A DNA stretch of 63,428 nt, filler included, from Craspedostauros australis (GCA_030167865.1; 14 parts of 14 records of this genome joined end to end with filler, not necessarily neighbours in it); one strand, 5' to 3'; shown: positions 43,732 through 55,398, counted from the whole stretch's first letter. Numbers and translations: made by a program. Notes: a model not told the origin generated them from the sequence alone.

Positions 43732-46245
43732 AAACAGCTACTGGGTATCTACAGCAACGACGGTGATGACCGCAATAGCAACAGCTACGGACTGGCAGAG
43801 ATCATGTTCAAGAAAACGGATGGAAACGTCTTCTTCGTCCAGCAGTTCATTCGGATGCTCGTCAAGGACACCCTGCTGTCATACGACATCGCATCGATGA
43901 AGTGGGTGTGGGACAACGATCAGATCAAGCGAGAGACTCCGGCAACCATCAACGTGGTGGAGCTGATGGAGCTGAAGCTGCAGCAGATCGATACGGCACA
44001 GTACCTGCTGCCGCTAGCGGCATGTTTAGGATCTACGTTTTCGTGGTTGCTGTTGCGAACGGCGCTGGAGGGCTTCGCGGAGGACGATGGAACGGGCGAG
44101 GATGGGCATCGTGCATTGTACGAGTCGTTGTTCGGTGGACCACCACCGGCAAGCGAAGATGAATGGTTGGATATTCTGAAGGTGTACGAAGAGGAGGGAC
44201 TCATTGAGGCTCATACCGGTAGCAGTACAGCCATGGCAGCCTCATCACCTGCTGTGTCCGAATACTCCTTCATCCACGACAAGGTGCAGGAAGCAGCACT
44301 TGGAATGATCCCATCGAAGCCGCACCTTCTGGAGCTGCAGCATCGCATCGGGATCATCTTGATGGATCGGCTGTGTCCTGATGACTTTGAGTCGTCGTTG
44401 TTCGTGGTGGCGAACCTCCTCAATGGCCGCTTGGACATGGTTCCGCAGTACCCAACGCCAAAACTAACGCCAACGAAGGGTGTGGATATCACACCAACAC
44501 GACGCTTCCGAGTTGCAAAGCTCAACTTCGATGCTGGAATCAAGGCCGCATCTCATGCAGCTTTCCGCGCAGCATATACCTATTTGCAAAACGCCATTGA
44601 CATGATGCCACCAGACCACTGGCAATCGCATTACGACTTGAGTCTCCAACTTTTCACATCCGCCGCAGAATGCGCTTATGTGAGCAACAGGTTTGAGATG
44701 ATGCAGAAGTATGGCAATGCGGTGGTCGAGCGCGACGACTGTCCCTTGATCGACAAGATGAGGGCATACCACGTGCTGATGGACGGAGCGTTGATCATGG
44801 TGCATCTTGGAAAAGCGAGCGATGTGATGAAGCTGGGGGCCGAAGTTATGGCCAAGCTAGGGTATCGGTACCCCAAGAACAGCACTGTGAGGATGCTGAC
44901 GGTCATCAAACGGATGATGAAATTGAAGAAATCCATCAAGAAGTGGACGATAGAGTACCTGGAGTCGATGCAACAAGCTGCAGATCCGATGGAAAATCTT
45001 ATCCTCATGACAATAACGAGACACAGCCTGGCGGCTTACCTCATGGACCCGGGCATCCAAGTATTGGTCACTACAGACATGATCAATCGGTCGATGGTGA
45101 ACGGCACGACCAATTTCACCGTCAACGCGATCGGAAACCTCGCAGTGCTTGTCGGCTCTGGCTTGGGTGACGCCAAAGCAGCGAAGACGTACGCCGAATA
45201 CGCACTCAGCCTGTGTGACGGCATGAAAGACAGCGGAGTCATTGTGAGAACTGCCATGGTCTCAACGGCACTCTTCCTACACAATGTCACATCATTCGAG
45301 GATTGCAAGCAGGCACTTCTGGACGCTTATCCGATCGGTATGGCAGGCGGCCACGTTCAGGGAGCGCTCTGGTGCATCGTCTTCTATCTTGACATGTGCT
45401 GGTTTACAGGCAAATTGCTGCACACACTCGAGGCCGATTACTCGGTGTACATGAATGTCGCTACTGACTTTAGCCAGATGAATATTGTGGAGAACGTTGC
45501 CGCAAGGCTGCAGACGATATTAAACTTGAGAGGGACGTCAGATCATCGCACTCTCCTCGTCGGCGATGCCTTTGATGAAATTGCAGCCATGCAAAGGGCC
45601 AAGCAATCGGGGCAGGTCTCTTTGATCATGAACATACATCGACAGAAGCTGTTCGTTGGCACATACTTCGGAGAGTTTGAGGATGCGGCAGAAGTTGGAC
45701 TTGAGTTCTACGATGGACAGTTGAAGAATTCACCGGGTTCCTGTGCTCGCATCCCGAGCACTTTTTGCACAGCACTCGCAGCCACGATCATATACAAGCG
45801 AAGCAAGCACCTTCCAAGATCCAAATGCAACGCGATCAAGCAGCTTGCTCGCAAAGCACACGCAGCACTTCGAACGGCCGTGGAAAAGAAGAACCCAAAT
45901 GCCGTCCACTACCTTGCCATCCTTAACGCCGAACGAGCGGCGCTCAAGGCGCATGATGTCAAGCACCACGGGAAGAGGCAAGAATCATTCGAAAACGCAG
46001 TGAAGATGTACCAGGATGCGATCCGAATATCAGCACGGACAGGCATGACGCAAGATCGGGCGTTGGCGAACGAGCGGCTGGCGGAGCACATGCTGATCGA
46101 GAATGATCGAGATCGCGCGAAGTATCACTTCGACGAGGCCATTCGGTCTTACAGCGATTGGGGTGCGGATGGGAAGGCCAAGCAGCTACACGAGCGTTGC
46201 GGATCCGTCTGGCAGCGACCGGCGGAGATTACGTTCGCTACCTGA
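43732..46245 (+). CDS. STAND/AAA_16 ATPase C-terminal part (winged helix + TPR-like solenoid), copy 1, 5'-truncated
   Basis: Motifs KKTDGNVFFVQQF, LAACLGSTF, YSFIHDKVQEAA, LNFDAG.KA...AAF..A..YL, DRALANERLA and YSDWGA.GK. Frame is open to the contig edge. Confidence 0.88.
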   Translation, partial: KQLLGIYSNDGDDRNSNSYGLAEIMFKKTDGNVFFVQQFIRMLVKDTLLSYDIASMKWVWDNDQIKRETPATINVVELMELKLQQIDTAQYLLPLAACLGSTFSWLLLRTALEGFAEDDGTGEDGHRALYESLFGGPPPASEDEWLDILKVYEEEGLIEAHTGSSTAMAASSPAVSEYSFIHDKVQEAALGMIPSKPHLLELQHRIGIILMDRLCPDDFESSLFVVANLLNGRLDMVPQYPTPKLTPTKGVDITPTRRFRVAKLNFDAGIKAASHAAFRAAYTYLQNAIDMMPPDHWQSHYDLSLQLFTSAAECAYVSNRFEMMQKYGNAVVERDDCPLIDKMRAYHVLMDGALIMVHLGKASDVMKLGAEVMAKLGYRYPKNSTVRMLTVIKRMMKLKKSIKKWTIEYLESMQQAADPMENLILMTITRHSLAAYLMDPGIQVLVTTDMINRSMVNGTTNFTVNAIGNLAVLVGSGLGDAKAAKTYAEYALSLCDGMKDSGVIVRTAMVSTALFLHNVTSFEDCKQALLDAYPIGMAGGHVQGALWCIVFYLDMCWFTGKLLHTLEADYSVYMNVATDFSQMNIVENVAARLQTILNLRGTSDHRTLLVGDAFDEIAAMQRAKQSGQVSLIMNIHRQKLFVGTYFGEFEDAAEVGLEFYDGQLKNSPGSCARIPSTFCTALAATIIYKRSKHLPRSKCNAIKQLARKAHAALRTAVEKKNPNAVHYLAILNAERAALKAHDVKHHGKRQESFENAVKMYQDAIRISARTGMTQDRALANERLAEHMLIENDRDRAKYHFDEAIRSYSDWGADGKAKQLHERCGSVWQRPAEITFAT

Positions 46246-46490
46246 AAGCGTCGATCATGGTACGAGTACGTACGGCCGTTGCATGTACCTATGGTGCCTT
46301 CGGCGTTTCTTCCCGTGGCGTGAACCGCAAGCTTTTGCCAACAAGGCGATGCCAGGTTTCCAGAGCATGCAGCACGGAGCACAATACCTNNNNNNNNNNN
46401 NNNNNNNNNNNNNNNNNNNNNNNNNNNNNNNNNTTAATTAATTAANNNNNNNNNNNNNNNNNNNNNNNNNNNNNNNNNNNNNNNNNNNNC

Positions 46491-49094
46491 AAACAGCTAC
46501 TGGGTATCTACAGCAACGACGGTGATGACCGCAATAGCAACAGCTACGGACTGGCAGAGATCATGTTCAAGAAAACGGATGGAAACGTCTTCTTCGTCCA
46601 GCAGTTCATTCGGATGCTCGTCAAGGACACCCTGCTGTCATACGACATCGCATCGATGAAGTGGGTGTGGGACAACGATCAGATCAAGCGAGAGACTCCG
46701 GCAACCATCAACGTGGTGGAGCTGATGGAGCTGAAGCTGCAGCAGATCGATACGGCACAGTACCTGCTGCCGCTAGCGGCATGTTTAGGATCTACGTTTT
46801 CGTGGTTGCTGTTGCGAACGGCGCTGGAGGGCTTCGCGGAGGACGATGGAACGGGCGAGGATGGGCATCGTGCATTGTACGAGTCGTTGTTCGGTGGACC
46901 ACCACCGGCAAGCGAAGATGAATGGTTGGATATTCTGAAGGTGTATGAAGAGGAGGGACTCATTGAGGCTCATGATGGTAGCAGTACAGCCATGGCAGCC
47001 CCATCACCTGCTGCATCCGAATACTCCTTCATCCACGACAAGGTGCAGGAAGCAGCACTTGGAATGATCCCATCGAAGACGCATCTTCTCGAGCTGCAGC
47101 ATCGCATCGGGATCATCTTGATGGATCGGCTGTGTCCTGATGACTTTGAGTCGTCACTGTTCGTGGTGGCGAATCTTCTCAATGGCCGCTTGGACATGGT
47201 TCCGCAGTACCCATCGCCAGTACCGTCGCCATTGCCATCAACACCGCCATCAGTGACATCGTCGTCAGCATCGCCACCGCCGTCATCGCCGCCAACGCCA
47301 GCAGCAACATCATCGCCGATGGCATCAAACATCGACATCACACAAACACGGCGCTTTCGAGTCGCAAACCTCAACTTCGATGCTGGAATCAAGGCCGCGT
47401 CTCATGTAGCGTTCCGGGCAGCATACACCTATCTGCAGAACGCTATCGACATGATGCCACCCGACCACTGGCAATCGCAATACGACTTGAGCCTCCAGCT
47501 TTTCACATCCGCCGCAGAATGCGCTTATGTGAGCAACAGGTTTGAGATGATGCAGAAGTATGGCCATGCGGTGATCGGGCGCGATGACTGTCCCTTAATC
47601 GACAAGATGAGGGCATATCACATTCTAATGGATGGGGAACTGGCTATGGTCCAGCATGGCAAATCCAGCGACGTCATGAAGCTGGGGGCCGAAGTGATGG
47701 CCAAGCTAGGGTATCGATATCCCAAGAACAGCATCGTGAGGATGCTAACGGTCATCAAACGGATGATGAAGCTGAAGGCGTCCGCAAAGAAGTGGACGAT
47801 AGAGTATCTGGAGTCGATGCGGCCAGCCGAAGATCCGATGGAAAATCTTATCCTCATGACAATGGCGAGACACAGCTTGGCGGCTTACTTCATGGACCCG
47901 GCCATCCAAGTCTTGGTCATAACAGACATGATCAATCGGTCGATGGTGAACGGCACGACCAATTTCACCATCAACTCGATCGCAAGTCTCTCATTGCTTG
48001 TCGGCTCTGGCTTGGGTGACACCAAAGCAGCGAAGGCGTACGCCGAATACGCACTCAGCCTGTGTGACGGCATGAAAGACAACGGAGCCATCGTGAGAAC
48101 TGTCATGGTCTCAAAGGCACTCTTCCTACACAATGTCACATCATTTGAGGATTGCAAGCAGGCACTTCTCGACGCTTATCCGATCGGTATGGCAGGCGGC
48201 CACGTTCAGGGAGCGCTTTGGTGCATCGTCCTCTATCTTGACATGTGCTGGTTTACAGGAAAATCGCTGCATACACTCGAGGCCGATTACTTGGTATACA
48301 TGAATGTCGCTGCTGACTTTAGCCAGATGAACATTGTGGAGAACGTTGCCGCGAGGCTGCAGATGATATTAAACTTGAGAGGGACGTCAGATCATCGCAC
48401 TCTCCTCGTCGGCGATGCCTTTGATGAAATCGCAGCCATGCAAAGGGCCAAGCAATCGGGGCAGGTCTCGTTGGTCATGAACATACATCGACAGAAGCTG
48501 TTCGTTGGCACATACTTCGGAGAGTTTGAGGATGCGGCAGAAGTTGGACTTGAGTTCTACGATGGACAGTTGAAGAATTCACCGGGTTCCTGTGCTCGCA
48601 TCCCGAGCACTTTTTGCACAGCACTCGCAGCCACGATCATATACAAGCGAAGCAAGCACCTTCCAAGATCCAAATGCAACGCGATCAAGCAGCTTGCTCG
48701 CAAAGCACACGCAGCACTTCGAACGGCCGTGGAAAAGAAGAACCCAAATGCCGTCCACTACCTTGCCATCCTTAACGCCGAACGAGCGGCGCTCAAGGCG
48801 CATGATGTCAAGCACCACGGGAAGAGGCAAGAATCATTCGAAAACGCAGTGAAGATGTACCAGGATGCGATCCGAATATCAGCACGGACAGGCATGACGC
48901 AAGATCGGGCGTTGGCGAACGAGCGGCTGGCGGAGCACATGCTGATCGAGAATGATCGAGATCGCGCGAAGTATCACTTCGACGAGGCCATTCGGTCTTA
49001 CAGCGATTGGGGTGCGGATGGGAAGGCCAAGCAGCTACACGAGCGTTGCGGATCCGTCTGGCAGCGACCGGCGGAGATTACGTTCGCTACCTGA
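46491..49094 (+). CDS. STAND/AAA_16 ATPase C-terminal part, copy 2 (allele or paralog, +30 aa Pro/Ser insert), 5'-truncated
   Basis: The contig starts and ends at the same bases as 43731-46389 and carries the same motifs; it is 90 bp longer. Confidence 0.88.
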   Translation, partial: KQLLGIYSNDGDDRNSNSYGLAEIMFKKTDGNVFFVQQFIRMLVKDTLLSYDIASMKWVWDNDQIKRETPATINVVELMELKLQQIDTAQYLLPLAACLGSTFSWLLLRTALEGFAEDDGTGEDGHRALYESLFGGPPPASEDEWLDILKVYEEEGLIEAHDGSSTAMAAPSPAASEYSFIHDKVQEAALGMIPSKTHLLELQHRIGIILMDRLCPDDFESSLFVVANLLNGRLDMVPQYPSPVPSPLPSTPPSVTSSSASPPPSSPPTPAATSSPMASNIDITQTRRFRVANLNFDAGIKAASHVAFRAAYTYLQNAIDMMPPDHWQSQYDLSLQLFTSAAECAYVSNRFEMMQKYGHAVIGRDDCPLIDKMRAYHILMDGELAMVQHGKSSDVMKLGAEVMAKLGYRYPKNSIVRMLTVIKRMMKLKASAKKWTIEYLESMRPAEDPMENLILMTMARHSLAAYFMDPAIQVLVITDMINRSMVNGTTNFTINSIASLSLLVGSGLGDTKAAKAYAEYALSLCDGMKDNGAIVRTVMVSKALFLHNVTSFEDCKQALLDAYPIGMAGGHVQGALWCIVLYLDMCWFTGKSLHTLEADYLVYMNVAADFSQMNIVENVAARLQMILNLRGTSDHRTLLVGDAFDEIAAMQRAKQSGQVSLVMNIHRQKLFVGTYFGEFEDAAEVGLEFYDGQLKNSPGSCARIPSTFCTALAATIIYKRSKHLPRSKCNAIKQLARKAHAALRTAVEKKNPNAVHYLAILNAERAALKAHDVKHHGKRQESFENAVKMYQDAIRISARTGMTQDRALANERLAEHMLIENDRDRAKYHFDEAIRSYSDWGADGKAKQLHERCGSVWQRPAEITFAT

Positions 49095-50569
49095 AAGCGT
49101 CGATCATGGTACGAGTACGTACGGCCGTTGCATGTACCTATGGTGCCTTCGGCGTTTCTTCCCGTGGCGTGAACCGCAAGCTTTTGCCAACAAGGCGATG
49201 CCAGGTTTCCAGAGCATGCAGCACGGAGCACAATACCTNNNNNNNNNNNNNNNNNNNNNNNNNNNNNNNNNNNNNNNNNNNNTTAATTAATTAANNNNNN
49301 NNNNNNNNNNNNNNNNNNNNNNNNNNNNNNNNNNNNNNTTGGAGTACTCGAAGCAGATGTGATACATCTGCGGGGACGACGAGGGGGGAGAGAACAGGTC
49401 CATTGTGCCAGCACACACACTGCCACACTGGAGCTGATTCAAGCTAGGTGCCATCATCTTCGCTCACCCAATATTGACCATAAAAGGACAACCATGGGAA
49501 CTTGACGCTGTCGTTCCAAATGGCTAATCCAGGAAAATATATGGGCACGTATCTGGAATCGAACTACATGTTCTTCCATGCGTTGCGAAGCTCTGCCTGC
49601 CACCAATGGCGTGAGGACTCGGTCGACTGATTGTCGGCCGGTCCACAACNNNNNNNNNNNNNNNNNNNNNNNNNNNNNNNNNTAATAAGTATACTCCTAC
49701 GTATTGATGTACCACCGTGTGACAATGTGAAGGAAGCTGCACAGGTCGCAATGAACACACAGGATGACCGTTCCTCCGCACACGCACTTTTCCACAAGCG
49801 AGTGTCGTTCCTGGGAGAACGACAACAACAACAACGACAACAACACAGCCCCATCGCACTATTCCTCTCTGTGTGTCTCACTGCACGTGCACTTGTGTTC
49901 TCATCTGCGACGATCACTTCCTTGGCAACACACCATCCACACAGCATCTGGCAACAAAATACAATCAACGAACAGATTGTACTCCGAAGCACAGCATCAC
50001 CACACAGCAATCGACAAGCGTTGCCAGGTGTTCACAAACCTCTCTCCGGCCGAAGCCAGATACAAACCAAAGGTACGTTCCGCTCATCAATCAATTGCAG
50101 ACGCAGATTTGCAACATGAATGAATGTCTGTATGGCCAAGAGTGAATGATGGGAAGATTCGTTCGCAACTCTCGTCCTACCCGACGCAGCGTGATGCCTC
50201 AAGTTGGAGCACACATCGAGAGCATCGGCATCACCGGCAGCATCTGGGGAGGATGCTCCCTCCGGATCAGCTGCCATCGTCATGGGAGGTGTGATGCGTA
50301 ATTATGCCACGCGTCCCCCACACTTGTCGTTCCGATCACATGCTTGCCTTTGCATGTTGGTTGCATACGGTGTCATCGCCGCCGACTCCGCTCTAATCTG
50401 TTCTGCCCAACTCAACTCAACCCCACACGTTTCGTACCCCACCGGTACGAGTACTTCTGTTCCCGCACTTCGCAATGCGCTGCGCTACACTACTCCATCC
50501 GTGTCAATCACGTACATGAATCGCAGTACACAATCCAAGCAACCGACAAGCAGCAACCACCAAGCAACC

Positions 50570-51540
50570 ATGATCCACACCAAGGCAGCCTTGGTCGCCT
50601 TTCTCGCTCTCGCCAACACGGCGACGGTCGACGCCGTGCTCCGCGGCAACAGGACTCCCGTGGATCCAACCGAGGAACTCCACATGATGATGGCGAAGAC
50701 CCGCATTCTCAAGCAGGCCATCGGCGACACGAAGACCAACAAGAACAACCCCACTGAGAACCCGACTGATCCAGAAACAACTGCGCCAACCGCATTGCCT
50801 ACGGGGCCGCCGACTACCTCGCCAACCCAGATGCCCTCCATGACGCCTGTCGCTCCGCCAACCGCGTCGCCAACGTCTCAACCAACTCTCCTGCCAACAT
50901 CCAAGCCATCAGCTGCCCCAATCGCAATCACCTTCGACTCCACCATCGAAGTCATTTGCAGGCCGGATAGTATGACCGCCCTCTCACAGCAAGAGGTAAG
51001 CGCCAAGACCATCATCTGCAACTCTGCCAAGGCATCCTGCCGTGTGGCAGTGGCCGCCGTCAAGGAATCCGAGCAGCTGCAGAACTTCTTCGCGTGCGCA
51101 GGAGACCTGGGAGAAGCGGCGGCACGCAAGCTCTTCAACAAATACGCATCCAGCGACATCCTTGCTGGCCAATTGGCGTTGATCGCTGCCACCAACCCGC
51201 TCCTCGTCACTGAACGTCCGGATGCAATGAAGACAGCATGCGCGGCCATGGCGGCGATGCAATCGCCTGCCGTCGCAGACCCATGCTGCCAAGGATCTTC
51301 GGGATGCACCTCAGTCACCGGTTCCGCCTCCAACTCCCCTCCATTCATGACCATCGCAATCACGGCATGCACTGGCGACAGCGCCTGCAAGGATATGGGC
51401 CCCAATCCCCTCATTCTCGATTCCTCCTGCACTGGCACGAGTGCATGCGAGTTGATGAACGAAAATGAAATCAACCCGTCCATCACGGGAGTCACCTTCG
51501 TCGGTGAGATGGCATGCACCACCCCTCAATCTTGCGAGGG
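50570..51540 (+). CDS. Secreted/cell-surface protein with PTxxPT stalk and Cys-rich (xCxGxxAC) repeats, 3'-truncated
   Basis: Signal peptide MIHTKAALVAFLALANTATVDA|VLRG, an RIL motif, PTALPTGPPTTSPTQMPS..., then ACTGDSACK, SCTGTSACE and ACTTPQSCE. Confidence 0.8.
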
Positions 51541-51770
51541 NNNNNNNNNNNNNNNNNNNNNNNNNNNNNNNNNNNNNNNNNNNNTTAATTAATTAANNNN
51601 NNNNNNNNNNNNNNNNNNNNNNNNNNNNNNNNNNNNNNNNCGTGCAATAGGCACCATCATTAGAAATAGGAGATCATCATCTCATAATCCAAACCCAATC
51701 ATCAATTGAGTACAACACTAACTTAGCAACACAACAACCAAACACAACCAACTTCACCTATAGGACTTGA

Positions 51771-53339
51771 TCACCCTGGCGGCGTCGTAAGTGCAGTGTT
51801 TGGTTCATTGACCTGTATGCAATTGCTGATTATCACCTGCGATTCTTGATCTCCATCGTGATACACCTCTGATTCGTGATGGCTGGCTTCTTCTGCGGTC
51901 ATCTTTTCGTCGAAGTATCCATCAGGGATCTCATTCAAGAACCTGCTCTCTGGTGTCTCTCCCACTTCGAGACTGGGTCTGGTGTCTTCGAGGGATGGTA
52001 TTCCGTCAACCATCTCATCCTCGTCGGTGGGGGGAATGGGTTCATCAGCGAGCGCTTTCTCCTCTCGTGCGAGGTTGACGGCGAGGGTGTCACTTTGCTT
52101 TCGGACCTCTTGTGCCTTCCTTGCGCGTGCAAGGATGACTGGGATCCGGTTCTTCCTCACTTTGAAAAAGTGGCATATGGATGGCTTCCGCATGGTTGCG
52201 CGGTACTCGTCGGGTGGTTCGCCCCATGCGCCGTCCTGAGCGGAGTAGAAACACTGGCCATCGGCTATGGCGATGCTGAGGACCTCGGTGGTTTGGAGGT
52301 CGTTATCCAGGTATTCGGAGAGGGTGAGAGGGTAGATGGATTGCTTCTCTACGTGGGAAACACGGCCAGCTGGTGTGTTATCGTTTCCCTTCGTGCAGTA
52401 GATCTGGACTCTGCGGCCACTGTACCCAACGACGATTCCTTGGAAGGTTCCCTTCTTTCCTGCAGGATATAGCACCCTGGATCCGGGGACGGGACAGTGG
52501 TGACCATTGTAGAACGGGGTGTACTTTGGGAACGTCATGGTGGGTGTTCTTGTCTGGTGTGGAGTGAGGTTGTGTCCAGGATCCTGATTGTGGCGGCTCC
52601 GTTTTTGAGGGGAAGGCATGTTCATGTTGCGGAATGCAAAAGCGGATGCGGTCGCGTTCCGTGCCAGGTCTTCCTGGAGTTCAGCAATCAGCATGTCACA
52701 CCTGTATGTTTCGTGCTCAGGTGTGACGAAAACCCGAGGTGTCAGGCCCATGTGGAAGGAAGTTTCACAGTTACCTTCTTCGATAGCTGGCATGGTGGCT
52801 CCAGGTGGCGGTTTCCGGAACTTGGTCGATGTGGCGACGTGTGATTGGTTGCTTGGCATGATGGGCCCTGTCTCCAGCATGTCTCTTGGGTAATAGAGGA
52901 CGTCACTTCCACATGATGCCGCGGAGGGATTGATACTCGAGAGTGTGCTGAATTCGTCGGTGAGGGCTGATGGTGGTGTGTCACTACTCCGGATCAAGAA
53001 TTTGTCGGTTGGCGCGCCGGCTAGCTCGTGGTTCTGATTCGTGGTACGGTTGTCGGTCATGTCGTATACGACACTGGAATTTCGCGTCTGTTGGCGGTTG
53101 GGCGAGGCCGGTGTGNNNNNNNNNNNNNNNNNNNNNNNNNNNNNNNNNNNNNNNNNNNNNNNNNNNNNNNNNNNNNNNNNNNNNNNNNNNNNNNNNNNNN
53201 NNNNNNNNNNNNNNNNNNNNNNNTTCATGGAGGTCTGTTGGTACCTTGCCATGTTCACGCTCATAGTGTGTTCTTCCTTCGGTGGTGATGGTTCTTGCGT
53301 CTCCGTGGCCATTATATCGGGATCATCGTCTGCTCTGGT
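51771..53339 (-). CDS. Hypothetical protein fragment with a KOW/SH3-like segment, possibly repeat-derived
   Basis: About 450 codons open after an internal N gap, including PGSRVLYPAGKKGTFQGIVVGYSGRRVQIY. The frame across the gap is unverified. Confidence 0.5.
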   Translation of the reverse strand, partial: TRADDDPDIMATETQEPSPPKEEHTMSVNMARYQQTSMXXXXXXXXXXXXXXXXXXXXXXXXXXXXXXXXXXXXXTPASPNRQQTRNSSVVYDMTDNRTTNQNHELAGAPTDKFLIRSSDTPPSALTDEFSTLSSINPSAASCGSDVLYYPRDMLETGPIMPSNQSHVATSTKFRKPPPGATMPAIEEGNCETSFHMGLTPRVFVTPEHETYRCDMLIAELQEDLARNATASAFAFRNMNMPSPQKRSRHNQDPGHNLTPHQTRTPTMTFPKYTPFYNGHHCPVPGSRVLYPAGKKGTFQGIVVGYSGRRVQIYCTKGNDNTPAGRVSHVEKQSIYPLTLSEYLDNDLQTTEVLSIAIADGQCFYSAQDGAWGEPPDEYRATMRKPSICHFFKVRKNRIPVILARARKAQEVRKQSDTLAVNLAREEKALADEPIPPTDEDEMVDGIPSLEDTRPSLEVGETPESRFLNEIPDGYFDEKMTAEEASHHESEVYHDGDQESQVIISNCIQVNEPNTALTTPPG

Positions 53340-53440
53340 CNNNNNNNNNNNNNNNNNNNNNNNNNNNNNNNNNNNNNNNNNNNNTTAATTAATTAANNNN
53401 NNNNNNNNNNNNNNNNNNNNNNNNNNNNNNNNNNNNNNNN

Positions 53441-55298
53441 CTCGACGTGTCGTGTGACCTGCGTATAATATATGTGCGGTATACCCAATCCGAATTGCCG
53501 CCGCGGACCAAATACCAGTGCTCGAGACACGTTTCGTTGGACTCCTGTCGCCGGGAGCGCTGATTGTAGCATGGGTCGCATGATGCTTTCGGACTCTGCT
53601 TTCGTAAATGTTGCGCTTGCCAGGGGATACTCCAGGGTTTTCATGATGGTAGCGTGCAGGGCTACCTTTGCCTGCCCTCGGAGCAGCCCGCCTCGTCGTA
53701 TTGCGTCAGCCCATTTCCGAGCTTTCTGCGTGTACATTTCCGCGTTGTCGTGTTGCACTCCGTCATGGCGCACCATTACTCCAAGAGCCTTTCTGGCTTG
53801 ATCGACTGGCAGTCTGAGCAGTGTAGATCGCTCCGCGCTGTCTGGATGTCGGATATTGATGCTGCCCGGGACCTCCTCTTCGCCTCGGTGTGTCCATTCC
53901 TTCCCGTCCCATTTGAAGGCCAGAAGATACCAGTAGCTTTTCCGCGGTTCGAGCGCCCCGCCTGTAGCTCGGAGCATACCCTCCCACGTGTCCACCACTT
54001 GTTGTATCTCTGCCACGCATGCTTCCGCGTTGGCTGCGTCCGCCTGGATTGTGTGTATGATGTCGGTGTCGTCTACGAATGAGAAGCAGACTAGTTTCGT
54101 GTCCTCGTTCGTCACCGGGTGCTTCGTGGAGAACCCATAGCCTTTGTTTGCCATTGTCTTCATCAGAGGCGAACTCATGGCTACCCATCCTGCTGGCGAT
54201 ATCCCGAGTCCCTGCAATAAGCCTTGGAGCTTGGACCCCTTTTTGGGATAGGTGTCCCGTGATATCCCGTATCCTGTAAGTACGTGGTGCTTCATTGCTT
54301 CCACTGCAGCTATCACACTCGTTCCCACCGTTGGTGGCACCCCGACCCCGCGCATGCTTAGCTGGAGGGGCACATGTGCCATACGATCGTAGCAGCTCTT
54401 CGCGTCATTGGAGCAGACGAAGCTCGTTCGCCCGGTGCTTCTGATGATGTCGCCGGTCAGCCGGTTGTTCAGGCTTACTTCGGCTGCACTCCGTTGCTTG
54501 CGACTGCCGTATTGTTCCTCTGGGAGCAGGCTGTTGGCTTCGGCGTGGCTCATCATCTCCCTTCCGATCTTTTTCAAGTTGGCGTTGAAGTCGCCTTCGA
54601 CCAAGCTGATTGTTCGGAATCGGTTGACTCTGAAATTGCCTTCCTCCTTCAGCAGGGTTATGTCGGAGCATCTGAGCCATCGCTTCAGGTTGTACCCTGT
54701 ACGCAAGGATATCTCTCGCATGGCTGCGTCCGTAGTTGCGACCTCGAGCACTTTTGCGTTTGCTTTCCACGTTCCGAAGTGCAGTCCTGAGGGCCCTGAG
54801 GCCGTACGCTCCCGTGCTCGCGCCCAGGCTTGCTGATGCTCCTTTACCGGCACTTCCAATCGATGCTCTTCCCATAACGGCGCTAGACTGGCGGACTGCA
54901 GCTGCTCGAGCAGAGCCTGAGCGTGCTGGTCCATGGACCGCCTGTGTCGCCTCGCCGCATGGTCGATCCCGCCGTGCTCCAGACTCCGCTTGAAGCTGTC
55001 TGTTTGCAGCGGCGTCACGTATGCCTGCCTGTATTTTTGTTCGTTGGCTTGCATGCATTGGCTGATGACATCTTGTTCCTTGCTGTACGTCCGTTCCTCT
55101 CCTGTGCTGTCGGTTGCGATGACCATTGTGACTTTGCTTCCGCTGGAGTCTCCCTGGATCGCTCGCTTGATGGAGCGAAATGTTTTGGCAGTCTCCTCCC
55201 TTGCGATGAGTACCGCCAGCGCGGTGCTTGCGGAGGTGTTGCCAACTTCGGCCATCTCGTCAGCTCGTTGTTCCAGGAATGTGCGTCGGTGCTCGAGG
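53441..55298 (-). mobile_element. Non-LTR retrotransposon reverse transcriptase (Ambal-like diatom clade), internal fragment with an intact frame
   Basis: Motifs TASGPSGLHFG, FRTISLVEGDFN, QYGSRK, SNDAKSCYDRMAH, QGLLQG.G.SPAGW, FSFVDDTD and LRATGGALEP.KSYWY. No stops across the contig. Confidence 0.9.
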
Positions 55299-55398
55299 NN
55301 NNNNNNNNNNNNNNNNNNNNNNNNNNNNNNNNNNNNNNNNNNTTAATTAATTAANNNNNNNNNNNNNNNNNNNNNNNNNNNNNNNNNNNNNNNNNNNN

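Noticed and set aside
43731..49238. True tandem gene duplication
   Set aside because: The copies are separate contigs with identical end points joined by a linker, typical of an assembly bubble. Physical adjacency is unsupported.
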